64,000 bases of DNA from Octopus vulgaris (Eukaryota): positions 158,658,001 through 158,722,000 of the forward strand of contig OX597814.1 of the NCBI GenBank assembly GCA_951406725.2. Reading direction: 5' to 3'. A program made the translations under genes and the position numbers. Positions 63,701 through 64,000 of the stretch are shown in pieces; positions within the stretch are counted from its first letter, which is position 1, and each line of letters opens with the position of its first letter. Under the pieces are notes generated by a model. That model worked only from the letters and a program-made list of their open reading frames with translations. It was not told the origin of the DNA and ran no database searches.

Positions 63701-64000
63701 AGAGCTCCGCAATGAATAAGAGAGAGAGAGAGAGTTCTGTGCTGAATAACAACATGGATGTGCTACACTGGGCTCTCTATAAAAAACAAATCTAATCTAA
63801 TAACATCGATGGAATGGGATAAAAGAACTTGTGGAAGACTTGAAGGAAGTGGTCTTTTAACGAAAATAATCGCAAAAACGAAATTTTACAGTCATACAAA
63901 GCACAGTTTCTCCCATGCACGATGTCTGTGAAGCATGTGTGAAAGACATGCGAAATCAACATCAGAAAGTTTACAAATTATAAAATACAAGTGGAACAAA

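Overview
AT-rich, microsatellite- and SINE-dense animal genomic DNA. The SINE families look like octopus families, so the source is probably Octopus (inference). The whole window lies inside one large minus-strand gene that runs off both ends. I reconstructed 15 phase-compatible coding exons (56419 down to 2910; 2933 nt, about 978 aa, no stops). They encode linker-Fn3-linker-Fn3-linker-Fn3-linker-Ig-Ig-Ser/Thr kinase, and the kinase most resembles the first kinase of the obscurin/SPEG/UNC-89 giant muscle kinases. One kinase intron (6867-9568) has clear minor-spliceosome (U12) signals. The introns hold nested transposons: (1) a very young Penelope-like element whose two perfectly inverted pseudo-LTRs each contain a minimal hammerhead ribozyme with a U3-A8 compensatory core; (2) three mariner copies from two families, one with a fold-back hairpin, plus an orphan internal mariner fragment inside a SINE; (3) a fossil hAT transposase; (4) RTE and R4/Dong-type LINE fragments; (5) piggyBac-type MITEs; (6) several tRNA-derived SINE families; (7) an unclassified ~520-bp repeat always bordered by (TAA)n. 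Most ORFs in the supplied track are microsatellite or TE artefacts. All calls come from reading the sequence by eye; no searches were run.
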